DNA of 64,000 nucleotides from an uncultured bacterium. Its GTDB lineage: Bacteria > Patescibacteriota > Minisyncoccia > Phycocordibacterales > Zambryskibacteraceae. The notes beneath the pieces are model-generated. The model was not told the DNA's origin. It was given only the letters and a program-made list of their open reading frames with translations, and ran no database searches. The position numbers and the translations under genes are program-made. The stretch covers positions 59,568 to 123,567 of the forward strand of contig CAWBLF010000001.1 of NCBI GenBank assembly GCA_963789635.1. Direction: 5' to 3'. This document shows positions 46,075 to 53,747 of this stretch, in pieces. Numbering within the stretch: the first letter of the stretch is position 1; every line of letters begins with the position of its first letter.

Positions 46075-46991
46075 AGCATTTTCTGATGTGCCGGGCAAAA
46101 ATGAGCGCTACGGCCACCGACTTTGATGCGGTGAATAATTCCTTTGCACCCGCACTTGGGGCAGGGTTTGCCAGTTCGACGGTATGCGTTGTGGTGAAGC
46201 TGAAATTTTCCCAGTTTACCCTCGAGGTTGCGGTAGTCGGACATTGAGTCGCCACCGAAATCTATTCCTTTGCGTAAAATCCTTTTTGTATTTTTCCAGA
46301 TATTTTGAAAGTCTTTTGATTTGAGTTTGGACACCTTGGTCAAGGGATGAATATCCGAAGCCCAGAGAATTTCATCGGAATAAATGTTTCCTATGCCGGC
46401 AAGGACAGTCTGATCCATAAGTACGGTCTTGATTTTGCCGTTCGGTTTTGTTTTCAATCTTTCAGCTAAAACCTTAGCGGTAAAAGATTTTTCCAAGGGC
46501 TCCGGTCCTATCGTTGAAAGGTCATCCGATTGAAAAAGTTCGCCAGTCGGAATGAGTGTCACTTTGGCGAAACGTCTCATATCCGAAAGGACAAGATGTT
46601 TGCCGTTTGAAAAGGAAATGACAAAACGAATGTATTTATTGAACGGGTCGCGAAGCGGACCGGTTTTCAAAACCGGATCCCAAGGGTCTTTGTCTCGAGT
46701 AGTCTTTCTGTATTTGCCGTACATCACATGACCGGTCATCTTCATATGAATAAGTATAGTTTTGCCGTTTGAGAGTTCTATTAAAACGTTTTTGGCACGT
46801 CTATCCGCTTTGATAATTTTTGCCCCAATTACTTCCTTTTTAAATTTGGCAAAAAATAATTTATTTTTGATGTGTTTTTTGCCTTCGTATTGCAAAGAGC
46901 CGTAATCGGTCCAGACGTCCGCTATACGCAATCCTTTTGCATATTTGTTTATTCCATTTACTGTAGTTTGGACTTCCGGAAGTTCGGGCAT
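46071..46991 (-). CDS. mutM: Formamidopyrimidine-DNA glycosylase (Fpg/Nei family)
   Basis: N-terminal MPELPEV, H2TH region LMDQTVLAGIGNIYSDEILW and a C-terminal zinc finger CPKCG...HFCPAHQ. Confidence 0.9.
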   Translation of the reverse strand: MPELPEVQTTVNGINKYAKGLRIADVWTDYGSLQYEGKKHIKNKLFFAKFKKEVIGAKIIKADRRAKNVLIELSNGKTILIHMKMTGHVMYGKYRKTTRDKDPWDPVLKTGPLRDPFNKYIRFVISFSNGKHLVLSDMRRFAKVTLIPTGELFQSDDLSTIGPEPLEKSFTAKVLAERLKTKPNGKIKTVLMDQTVLAGIGNIYSDEILWASDIHPLTKVSKLKSKDFQNIWKNTKRILRKGIDFGGDSMSDYRNLEGKLGKFQLHHNAYRRTGKPCPKCGCKGIIHRIKVGGRSAHFCPAHQKML

Positions 46992-47063
46992 GCGATTGAT
47001 TTTAAATGAGTTTAACGAATATTAAAATCATCGTCCCGAGCCGTTTGAGCGAGGGAAACGATT

Positions 47064-48365
47064 TTATTGAAATCTTTTCTCCAATGCTTCCCGTGCAATT
47101 TCCGCATCGTCCCACGGGATTTTTTTGCCACCAGATACGCACATGTATTGTTGTGAGCCCATGCCGGTGATTAGAATCACATCATTTGGTTTGGCAATCA
47201 AGATTGCTTCCCGCACAGCTTCACGGCGATCAATAATTATTTTTGGGATATGTCTTGTGATGCCCGGCATCATGTCGTCAATAATGTGTCTAGGATCCTC
47301 GTCGTATGGATCTTCGGTTGTCAGAATGATGGTGTCGCAAAAAGTGTCCGCAACCTTGGCCATACCCGGGCGTTTCCACGTATCACGACCACCGCCGGTG
47401 TTGCCCAATACGCAGATCAATTTCTTTTTAGAAATTGATCCCGAGTTTTCACGCGGGATAGAATTACTGAATGATTTATAAAGCGCTTCGAGCGATTCAA
47501 TGGTATGCGCATAGTCAACAACAACATCAAAGTTTTGTTGGTCACCAATCTTAACGTGTTCACCGCGTCCACGAATGACAGACAGTTTTGAAATACCATG
47601 CGAAATTACTTGCAACCCAATTCCAAAAGCTTCAGCAAATGATATTGCTGCCACAAGATTTGAAACATTGTAGTCACCTTTTAATGGAGAATGCATTGTT
47701 ACTCCTTTGTAATGAAGTGTTATTCCGTTTTCATTACTAACAAAAGGTTTTGCGTTTTCCAATGAATAACGAACGACTTCTGTGGCTTTTCTCGGAACAA
47801 AAAAATCTGCCGCTTTGTCATCAGCATTGATTATTGCCACCCGGCGTTTTTTGGGTGATTCGGAAAGAAGCTTGGCGATACGCTGTTTGTGTTTGCTATA
47901 TTTCTCAAATGAGCCGTGTGACTCTATATGCTCCGGCGCCAAGTTTGTAAAAACAAAAGCATCAAGGTAAATAAATTTGTGACGAAATTGTTTTGCCCCC
48001 TCCGAAGTCATTTCAATGACCGCCCAGTCACATTTTTCGTTTATCGCCTTTTTCAGAAATTTTTGTAAATAAGAAAGCCCCGGCATACTCATTCCAAAAT
48101 TATTCAATTCCGATTTGTTTCCGATTTTGAACCGAAGGGACCCACTAAGCGCTGTTTTGTAGCCCGCTTCTTCCAGTATGGCGTTTATCATTTCTGCGGT
48201 GGAAGTTTTGCCTTTAGTTCCGGTGATGGCCACTACACGTAAATTGCGAGAAGGGAAGCAGTAGTACGTGGCTCCGAAAAAAGCAAGAAAGTAGTGATAA
48301 GCAGGTTGAAAAAACTTAAAAATTTTCTTTGGTATGAGATGACGAAGAAATTCTTTGATGCTCAT
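47064..48365 (-). CDS. Mur ligase family protein (MurE-like)
   Basis: P-loop AITGTKGKTSTAEM, central and C-terminal Mur ligase domains (...VDYAHT..., ...GNTGGGRD...). Substrate specificity is not assignable from sequence alone. Confidence 0.7.
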   Translation of the reverse strand: MSIKEFLRHLIPKKIFKFFQPAYHYFLAFFGATYYCFPSRNLRVVAITGTKGKTSTAEMINAILEEAGYKTALSGSLRFKIGNKSELNNFGMSMPGLSYLQKFLKKAINEKCDWAVIEMTSEGAKQFRHKFIYLDAFVFTNLAPEHIESHGSFEKYSKHKQRIAKLLSESPKKRRVAIINADDKAADFFVPRKATEVVRYSLENAKPFVSNENGITLHYKGVTMHSPLKGDYNVSNLVAAISFAEAFGIGLQVISHGISKLSVIRGRGEHVKIGDQQNFDVVVDYAHTIESLEALYKSFSNSIPRENSGSISKKKLICVLGNTGGGRDTWKRPGMAKVADTFCDTIILTTEDPYDEDPRHIIDDMMPGITRHIPKIIIDRREAVREAILIAKPNDVILITGMGSQQYMCVSGGKKIPWDDAEIAREALEKRFQ

Positions 48366-48940
48366 TAATTTTTATTTCCAAGAATTTTTAGGGAATGTTT
48401 TACTCTTTCGCCGGTGTCGGTGATTTCTTTGGGCACTTTTTTCATGGCCTCGCGGGCTTCTCTTTGGGAGTATCCCAGAGCGGTCAGCGCCTCGATGACA
48501 TCACTATCATCGGTAATTGCCGTCTCGTCGCCCGCTACCGCCGGTCCCAATTTACCAGAAAGTTCCAAAACAATCTTTTCCGCATTCTTTTTGCTTAGGC
48601 CAGAAACTTTGGTGAGCTCGGTCGTATCCTCGGTAAATACGGCGTTGCGGAGCATTTTGATACTGGCCACATTCAGGATTGCCAAAGCTGTTTTCGGACC
48701 AATGCCGGAAATCGTAATAAGTAGTTCAAAAAAATCCAAGGTTTCTCGATCGGCAAAGCCATAAAGGTCTAGCGCCGTTTCTCGGACAGCCAAATAAGTC
48801 CAAAGAGAAGCAGTTTGTCCTTCGTGAAGAGTCGAAAGGAGTTGGCCGGTGGCGCTTATTTTGTAGCCCACGCCGTGAACATCGAGCACAACCCCGTGCG
48901 TGTTGACTGATATAACCGTGCCTGTAAGGTGAGAAATCAT
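48365..48940 (-). CDS. ruvA: Holliday junction DNA helicase RuvA
   Basis: MISHLTGTV...VLDVHGVGYKI, HhH motifs LLITISGIGPKTALAIL and TKVSGLSKKNAEKIVLEL, and the C-terminal domain EALTALGYSQREA. Confidence 0.9.
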   Translation of the reverse strand: MISHLTGTVISVNTHGVVLDVHGVGYKISATGQLLSTLHEGQTASLWTYLAVRETALDLYGFADRETLDFFELLITISGIGPKTALAILNVASIKMLRNAVFTEDTTELTKVSGLSKKNAEKIVLELSGKLGPAVAGDETAITDDSDVIEALTALGYSQREAREAMKKVPKEITDTGERVKHSLKILGNKN

Positions 48941-48994
48941 GATACGAATTATAGCGAATAAGGACGAATGATACGAATGACTCCGGGCCTAATA

Positions 48995-49054
48995 CCGAAT
49001 AATGAATATCGAATGAATCCAATCGTTATTCGTAATTCCTAATTCACTATTCGT
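48995..49054. repeat. GAATA/TATTC-rich palindromic intergenic element (copy R4)
   Basis: CCGAATAATGAATATCGAAT (48995-49014) faces ATTCCTAATTCACTATTCGT (49035-49054), between divergent ruvA and rpsT. Confidence 0.6.
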
Positions 49055-49098
49055 TCTAAAACTTGCGTTTGAGCAAGGTTTCGGGTAGTATCTCCTTC

Positions 49099-49362
49099 AT
49101 GCCAATTACCACATCAGCCAAAAAGGCCCTACGAAATTCCAGACGAAAACGGGATTTTAACCTTGCCCGTAAAAAAACTCTCACTCTTTCAGTCAAAACA
49201 CTGAAGAAGCTTATCGGAGAAAAGAAAGTAAAAGAGGCCAGAGCATTTTTCCCAACGGTTCAGCAGGCGTTTGATAAAGCAGTAAAAACAAATCTTATAA
49301 AAGCAAAGACATCTTCCCGTAAAAAAACTCGTTTGGCGGCAGCAATAAAAAAGATTTCATAA
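49099..49362 (+). CDS. rpsT: 30S ribosomal protein S20
   Basis: MPITTSAKKALRNSRRKRDFNLARKKTL...AFDKAVKTNLIKAKTSSRKKTRLAAAIKK. The ATG at 49099 lies inside the TTG-initiated ORF 49063..49362. Confidence 0.9.
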   Translation: MPITTSAKKALRNSRRKRDFNLARKKTLTLSVKTLKKLIGEKKVKEARAFFPTVQQAFDKAVKTNLIKAKTSSRKKTRLAAAIKKIS

Positions 49363-49363
49363 C

Positions 49364-49392
49364 AAAAAACCGGACATGCGTCCGGTTTTTTG
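49364..49392 (+). terminator. Rho-independent terminator of rpsT
   Basis: aaaaaaCCGGAcatgcgTCCGGtttttt. Confidence 0.8.
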
Positions 49393-49431
49393 TTTGCATC
49401 TGAGTAGGAGTATCTCCTTCGACTAAATTAT

Positions 49432-49572
49432 GTGGTCACGAATAATTTTTGTTTCGTCAAACAAAAATTTTCTCGACCCCGGCTCACCATAGCCAATTGC
49501 TATTGGCTATATGTTTGCGCCTAGCACAGAATCAGAAAATCCCGCGCAGGCGGGATGTTTCTGTATTCTGTG
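49432..49572 (-). repeat. tRNA-trailer composite element copy (3' of tRNA-Arg-GCG)
   Basis: On the tRNA-sense strand: H1 identical to the 44.7-kb copies, H2 = ATAGCCAAT-agca-ATTGGCTAT, GAGCCGGGGTCG, H3 = AATTTTTGTTT-gacg-AAACAAAAATT, and the end ...TTCGTGACCAC. Confidence 0.85.
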
Positions 49573-49642
49573 CTCCCAGTAGGAATCGAACCTACATTTT
49601 AACTTCCGCAAAGTTATATCCTATCCATTGAACGATGGGAGC
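49571..49642 (-). tRNA. tRNA-Arg (anticodon GCG)
   Basis: Hand fold: acceptor GCTCCCA/TGGGAGC, anticodon arm TAACT-TT-GCG-GA-AGTTA, T arm GTAGG-TTCGATT-CCTAC. The D stem relies on G-U pairs and the variable loop is 4 nt. Confidence 0.75.
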
Positions 49643-49647
49643 AATAC

Positions 49648-49670
49648 TTTTGTCGACTACGTCGACAAAA
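49648..49670. terminator. Bidirectional hairpin
   Basis: TTTTGTCGAC-tac-GTCGACAAAA lies between the tRNA-Arg 5' side and the 3' end of the beta-helix protein gene. Confidence 0.5.
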
Positions 49671-49808
49671 TATGACTAAAAATGCTTTTACATTATAAAC
49701 CAGTTTGCAAATTATCCGCAAAAAAACAAAATTTTTTTGGCCAACATTTATGCTTGTCGCATGAACTCACGATACTATCACAACAAACGGAAATTTGTTA
49801 GGTTTGAA

Positions 49809-51944
49809 TTATTGGCTGACACTCCTTTTGGTTAAGCTACCAAAATACCCAGTAGGATTTATGCCAACACTTTTTTGATATTCAATTAGCGCGGCTTTGG
49901 TCAACTGTCCGAAATATTTTGTGGCCCCGTGCATTTTTAGTTCCAAAGATCTCGGTCCCGCATCTTTGTTCATCAAAAAACTCTGGAGAGCAGTCACATC
50001 CGGTCCGGAAAGTCCCAAGTAGAGATCGCGGGTATAAGCGTATGTGGATACGGTGTTTGTGCCCGACGATGTCGTGGCAGGCAAGGTGCCAGTGTCAAGA
50101 ATCTGAATAAGACTTGATGGAACATATATGCCTTTTGCCTGAGCTTCCAAAATCAAAGCCTTGTTTGCAATTATCAGGGAAATTATTTGCTGTTTCAAAG
50201 CCGTAGCAGAAACATTCGAATTGGTGACGCCACTACTACCAGATGTCGGTGGTATTGAATACGAACTACCACCACCGCCACCCCCGCCACCACTTGAGAC
50301 TGTGGGCGTCGGAGTGGGCGCTGATCCTCCTCCACCGCCACCAGAGACGACTGGGGTTGTGACGACTGGAGCGGGCACTGTGACTGGCGGAGTCACTACA
50401 GGAGGGGTGGTTGGGGTGACAGGTGTAACGACCGCAGGGGCGGGGGCAGTAGGCAAGCTTGGCGGAGTCACTGAGCCGGCGCCCATATCTGGGCAGACGC
50501 CAGAGTCAATGAGGCTGTAATTGTTTGATGAAGGACTGACAAAGATTTTTGTAGGGTCCGATTGGATAATGAATTTGGAATTGGTATCGAATCCGTAGAG
50601 CCGATTTGCTGTTGTGTAATTGTCAAATTCTGATGGGTTACCGGTGTTCCAATTTCTTTTGACAAACAAAGTGTCTGAGCTTGGAGTAATGAAACAATTC
50701 TGGTCTGAATGAGTCTTCTGAAGAATGGAAAGTGCCGGGCTCACAGGATCCGAGGCGACATAACTTTTACTAATATACGCCGGCGTATCCCAACCCGCGC
50801 CAGTGGTTTCACCGTTCATTCCGAAGAATATATTGTTTGATATTACATTTCCCTCACCGCTACCGATATTCATAATATTATTCAGTCCCACGAATGTGTT
50901 GTTTTGAATTATTTCATTTTGTCCTTCTATGGCCTCGATGTTTGGGTCGGTGGACTCTTGGAATCCGAGCCCCCAGAATCCATCGGGAACCGCATAGACT
51001 AGGTTGTGGTTGAAGTGAACATTGGAAGCATCGGCTAAAGCAATAGTGTCAGAATCGTGAATGATGTTGCCGTGTATTTCTATCGGTCCATCCATCGGAT
51101 TTTTGAAGAAAAAGGCTTGGGGGAGGTTGTACATTTCATTTCCAGTAATTTCAATGTAGCCCGTGCCACCTGCGGCAAAGTTGACATAGACTTGAGCCGA
51201 CAAAACTGTCACCGCGCCATAGTGCTGGAAGTCAGCGACGCCGTGCCATACTCCCGGATTCGAAGGATCGGACATCCCGTGAAATTTGTTGTTGCTGATA
51301 AAAATATTGTATGCGCCTCCCTTATCGGCACGATCGATTTTTATCATCCCGACATTGTTACCACTTCCTCCGTATGACACAAAATCGTGAATATTGTTGT
51401 TCTCAATAATGATGTCGTGCGAATTGCCGGTGATATAAATATCTGAAGTATTTTTTTCCTGACTTCCGTCGATGTCAAACCCACTAATAGTCCAGTACGA
51501 TTTATCAATATTGATGTGTGATGTCTGGGTAAACATCGGAACTTCTCCAGGATAGTTTTTGATTGTAATCGGTTGCCCCGGCAAACCATTACGAACAGTG
51601 TATTTCGGAATGGTGCTGCCCCAATAGTCTTGAATAGATATCATCACTTGCGATTGCTGGCTAGCATAATAGCTGACATAGAGCATGGAGTTTGCAGAAG
51701 TGTAAGTTCCTCCACGCGCATAAATGAAATCTCCCGGCATAGCCGCAATAATGGCGGGTTGGAAGGTTTTGAACGGCGCGCCAAAAGTACCGGCGTTGGA
51801 ATCACTCCCGTCAGGCGCAACGTAGTAACAGTGCGCCGGAGCGACAGCTTCGCATATGCCTGTATCAGCTAAAACACGGGAAGATGAAAAAAAGAACAAC
51901 GGGATGGTGAGGAGAAGGAGAGCGACGTGTCTATAATGTTTCAT
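49809..51944 (-). CDS. Secreted right-handed beta-helix protein with Pro/Thr and poly-Gly linkers and C-terminal peptidoglycan-binding domain
   Basis: Signal LLLLTIPLFFFSSSRVLA and repeated NN.I.. / GN.I..N beta-helix rungs (IIIENNNIHDF, IFISNNKFHG, IEITGNEMYN, IIQNNTFVG, VISNNIFFG). Linkers: PAPAVVTPVTPTTPPVVTPPVTVPAPVVTTPVVSGGGGGGS...SSGGGGGGGGSS. C-terminal PG_binding_1-like segment: LGLSGPDVTALQSFL...YFGQLTKAALIEYQ. Confidence 0.7.
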   Translation of the reverse strand: MKHYRHVALLLLTIPLFFFSSSRVLADTGICEAVAPAHCYYVAPDGSDSNAGTFGAPFKTFQPAIIAAMPGDFIYARGGTYTSANSMLYVSYYASQQSQVMISIQDYWGSTIPKYTVRNGLPGQPITIKNYPGEVPMFTQTSHINIDKSYWTISGFDIDGSQEKNTSDIYITGNSHDIIIENNNIHDFVSYGGSGNNVGMIKIDRADKGGAYNIFISNNKFHGMSDPSNPGVWHGVADFQHYGAVTVLSAQVYVNFAAGGTGYIEITGNEMYNLPQAFFFKNPMDGPIEIHGNIIHDSDTIALADASNVHFNHNLVYAVPDGFWGLGFQESTDPNIEAIEGQNEIIQNNTFVGLNNIMNIGSGEGNVISNNIFFGMNGETTGAGWDTPAYISKSYVASDPVSPALSILQKTHSDQNCFITPSSDTLFVKRNWNTGNPSEFDNYTTANRLYGFDTNSKFIIQSDPTKIFVSPSSNNYSLIDSGVCPDMGAGSVTPPSLPTAPAPAVVTPVTPTTPPVVTPPVTVPAPVVTTPVVSGGGGGGSAPTPTPTVSSGGGGGGGGSSYSIPPTSGSSGVTNSNVSATALKQQIISLIIANKALILEAQAKGIYVPSSLIQILDTGTLPATTSSGTNTVSTYAYTRDLYLGLSGPDVTALQSFLMNKDAGPRSLELKMHGATKYFGQLTKAALIEYQKSVGINPTGYFGSLTKRSVSQ

Positions 51945-51982
51945 TTTTATTGATGATAGCTATTTATTAAAATAAATGCTCT

Positions 51983-52450
51983 TTAAAACCCGATGTATTC
52001 CATCAGCTTGTGAAGGACCGATTCATTGTGAAATACTTCTGGCAGATGATGTAAAAGATACTCGTGGACATCGTCCGGGTCGGCATCGCTAATCGGCAAA
52101 ATGATATAAGGCATCACAAGCCGCTGGGATTTGATAAGGACTCTGGAACTCGCCTCATTTTCCTCGAGCCAGAATGATTCAAGGGTGTGATACGGATAAA
52201 ATACTTTCTCCACGCGAACACCTTTTTCGTTCAGGGTAATATCAATCTCTTTTGGCGGCCGTGCCGCGTATAAGGACAGGACAAAACCGGAGAGGACAAT
52301 GACGAAAGCAAAGAGCACATCGTGGAGAATGATAGCCGTTATGGATAATGCAATGGTAATGATGCCCACTGCCCAAAACCAATCAGGGCTTCGTTCGTGG
52401 TAATCGTATTCCATCGCCTGCCATCCCAATTCGTTATTTTTTTTCGTCAT
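51983..52450 (-). CDS. Hypothetical two-TM membrane protein
   Basis: 155 aa: WFWAVGIITIALSITAIILHDVLFAFVIVLSGFVLSLY. No family was recognised. Confidence 0.5.
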   Translation of the reverse strand: MTKKNNELGWQAMEYDYHERSPDWFWAVGIITIALSITAIILHDVLFAFVIVLSGFVLSLYAARPPKEIDITLNEKGVRVEKVFYPYHTLESFWLEENEASSRVLIKSQRLVMPYIILPISDADPDDVHEYLLHHLPEVFHNESVLHKLMEYIGF

Positions 52451-52488
52451 ACAACTTTGAATTATATCATGACTTCACTTTAGAGGGG

Positions 52489-52938
52489 TCAGCGCAGTGC
52501 CATCAAAAGGTCTAAAACTTTGGTATTTGCTATAAACAAAGTCAGGATAAAAATGACCGTGCACATGAGGGCGGAAAAAAGGCACCAAGTGCACCAGTGT
52601 TTGATGACAAACATTTGTATTGACGTGAGATACATTGAAAAAAGGAATCCGCACAAGCATACTCCGACGATAAGATAAGGCCCAAAGTAGGGCATCTGAG
52701 AGGGCAACAAAACAAAAAATGCATAGAAAACAAAGATGAATGAGTAATAAATCATTCCAAGGATTTCAACATTAAGTCCAAAAATTTTGGAGTAATCACT
52801 ATGGACCACTCTTTCACAGCTTCCCTCGAGTGGGCAGACTAGAGGGATGTCCGCTTTTTTGGTGGCGTGGATGTAGGCTGCGATAGTGAAACCGGCGGCA
52901 GAGAATGTCAGGGCCAATATTTCCGCGAGGAACGTCAT
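52489..52938 (-). CDS. Vitamin K epoxide reductase (VKOR) family protein
   Basis: Four TM segments, loop cysteines VCPLEGSCERV, YSKIFG..VEILG and the CxxC active site HWCTWCLFSA. Confidence 0.8.
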   Translation of the reverse strand: MTFLAEILALTFSAAGFTIAAYIHATKKADIPLVCPLEGSCERVVHSDYSKIFGLNVEILGMIYYSFIFVFYAFFVLLPSQMPYFGPYLIVGVCLCGFLFSMYLTSIQMFVIKHWCTWCLFSALMCTVIFILTLFIANTKVLDLLMALR

Positions 52939-53098
52939 TGCAATAAGTTTATCACAGAAAAATCGTACTGACGCGCAAAGGTGTGCGCTTTTTTGTCGCG
53001 CGTATTCGGATAACCCGATTTGATAATTGCCAAAATTTTAAAATTGAAAAAAGTGGTGAATTGTGTCAATATTTCAAAGCAATTTAAGTGTGTAATAC

Positions 53099-53185
53099 GG
53101 AGGAGTGGCAGAGTGGTCTATCGCACCGCTCTTGAAAAGCGGAAGGCTCGAAAGGGTCTCGTGAGTTCGAATCTCACCTCCTCCG
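53099..53185 (+). tRNA. tRNA-Ser (anticodon TGA)
   Basis: Acceptor GGAGGAG/CTCCTCC, anticodon arm CCGCT-CT-TGA-AA-AGCGG, a long variable arm, and T arm GTGAG-TTCGAAT-CTCAC. Confidence 0.9.
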
Positions 53186-53337
53186 CAATGATCCGCGAAA
53201 ATGTCTGGGAGACATTTAAACGGAGCATCATTTCTAGAGGAGGTGAGATTCGAAAGCCATAGGCCAGCGTAGGCTGGCGAGGCGGGGTAGCGGAAATTTT
53301 CAGCAGAAAATTATCCGTCGCCGAATCTCACCTCCTC
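53186..53337 (+). repeat. tRNA-Ser trailer element variant, ending in a 16-nt direct repeat of the tRNA 3' end
   Basis: An inverted 18-nt copy of the tRNA 3' end sits at 53237-53254. H2-like hairpin: GCCAGC-gtag-GCTGGC. Then GAGGCGGGGTAGCGG, H3 AAATTTTC-agca-GAAAATT, and the direct repeat CGAATCTCACCTCCTC (53322-53337 = 53168-53183). Confidence 0.8.
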
Positions 53338-53381
53338 AACCAACCAGAGATAGGTTATTGTGCTCGAGAAGCATTAAAACA

Positions 53382-53513
53382 ATGATATATAAAGAGTTAC
53401 CATCGGACTGGAAAGATTTACAGCAAAAAGTAGCCAATATTTTTCTTGATGTTGGTTTTTCTGACGTTGGTATTGAAAAGAGTATAAAAAGTGCCAGGGG
53501 AACAATAAATTAG
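53382..53513 (+). pseudogene. 43-codon ORF resembling the N-terminus of a PD-(D/E)XK (Mrr-like) nuclease, apparently truncated
   Basis: MIYKELPSDWKDLQQKVANIFLDVGFSDVGIEKSIKSARGTIN* stops just where such nucleases continue with the catalytic (I)D(V/I) strand. A CTCCG..CGGAG+T-run terminator follows. The family call is pattern-based and weak. Confidence 0.3.
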
Positions 53514-53747
53514 GCCACTCCGTATTCTCGGAGCGGTTTTTTCTTATCTGAGGAATGGCTTTGGATACTAGTGATGACGACTTTTTTGTTGTTGTTGTAA
53601 TTTTTAAACCATGAAGCAGTTACTCGTTTATATACGTTGTTTATAACTTTTTTAGTAAATTCTTGCCCCGAAATGCTTACCAGATAACTATTAACGTGTA
53701 GTTGTGTTTGTGTTTGGAAGACACATTATTAGCCTAGCCAAAAAAAT

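Noticed and set aside
49449-49631. ORF 49449..49631 and the ORFs 59623..59808, 59700..59957, 59722..59988, 59789..59971, 61589..61795 and 61596..61778
   Set aside because: All overlap tRNA genes and/or trailer hairpins, so they are spurious.
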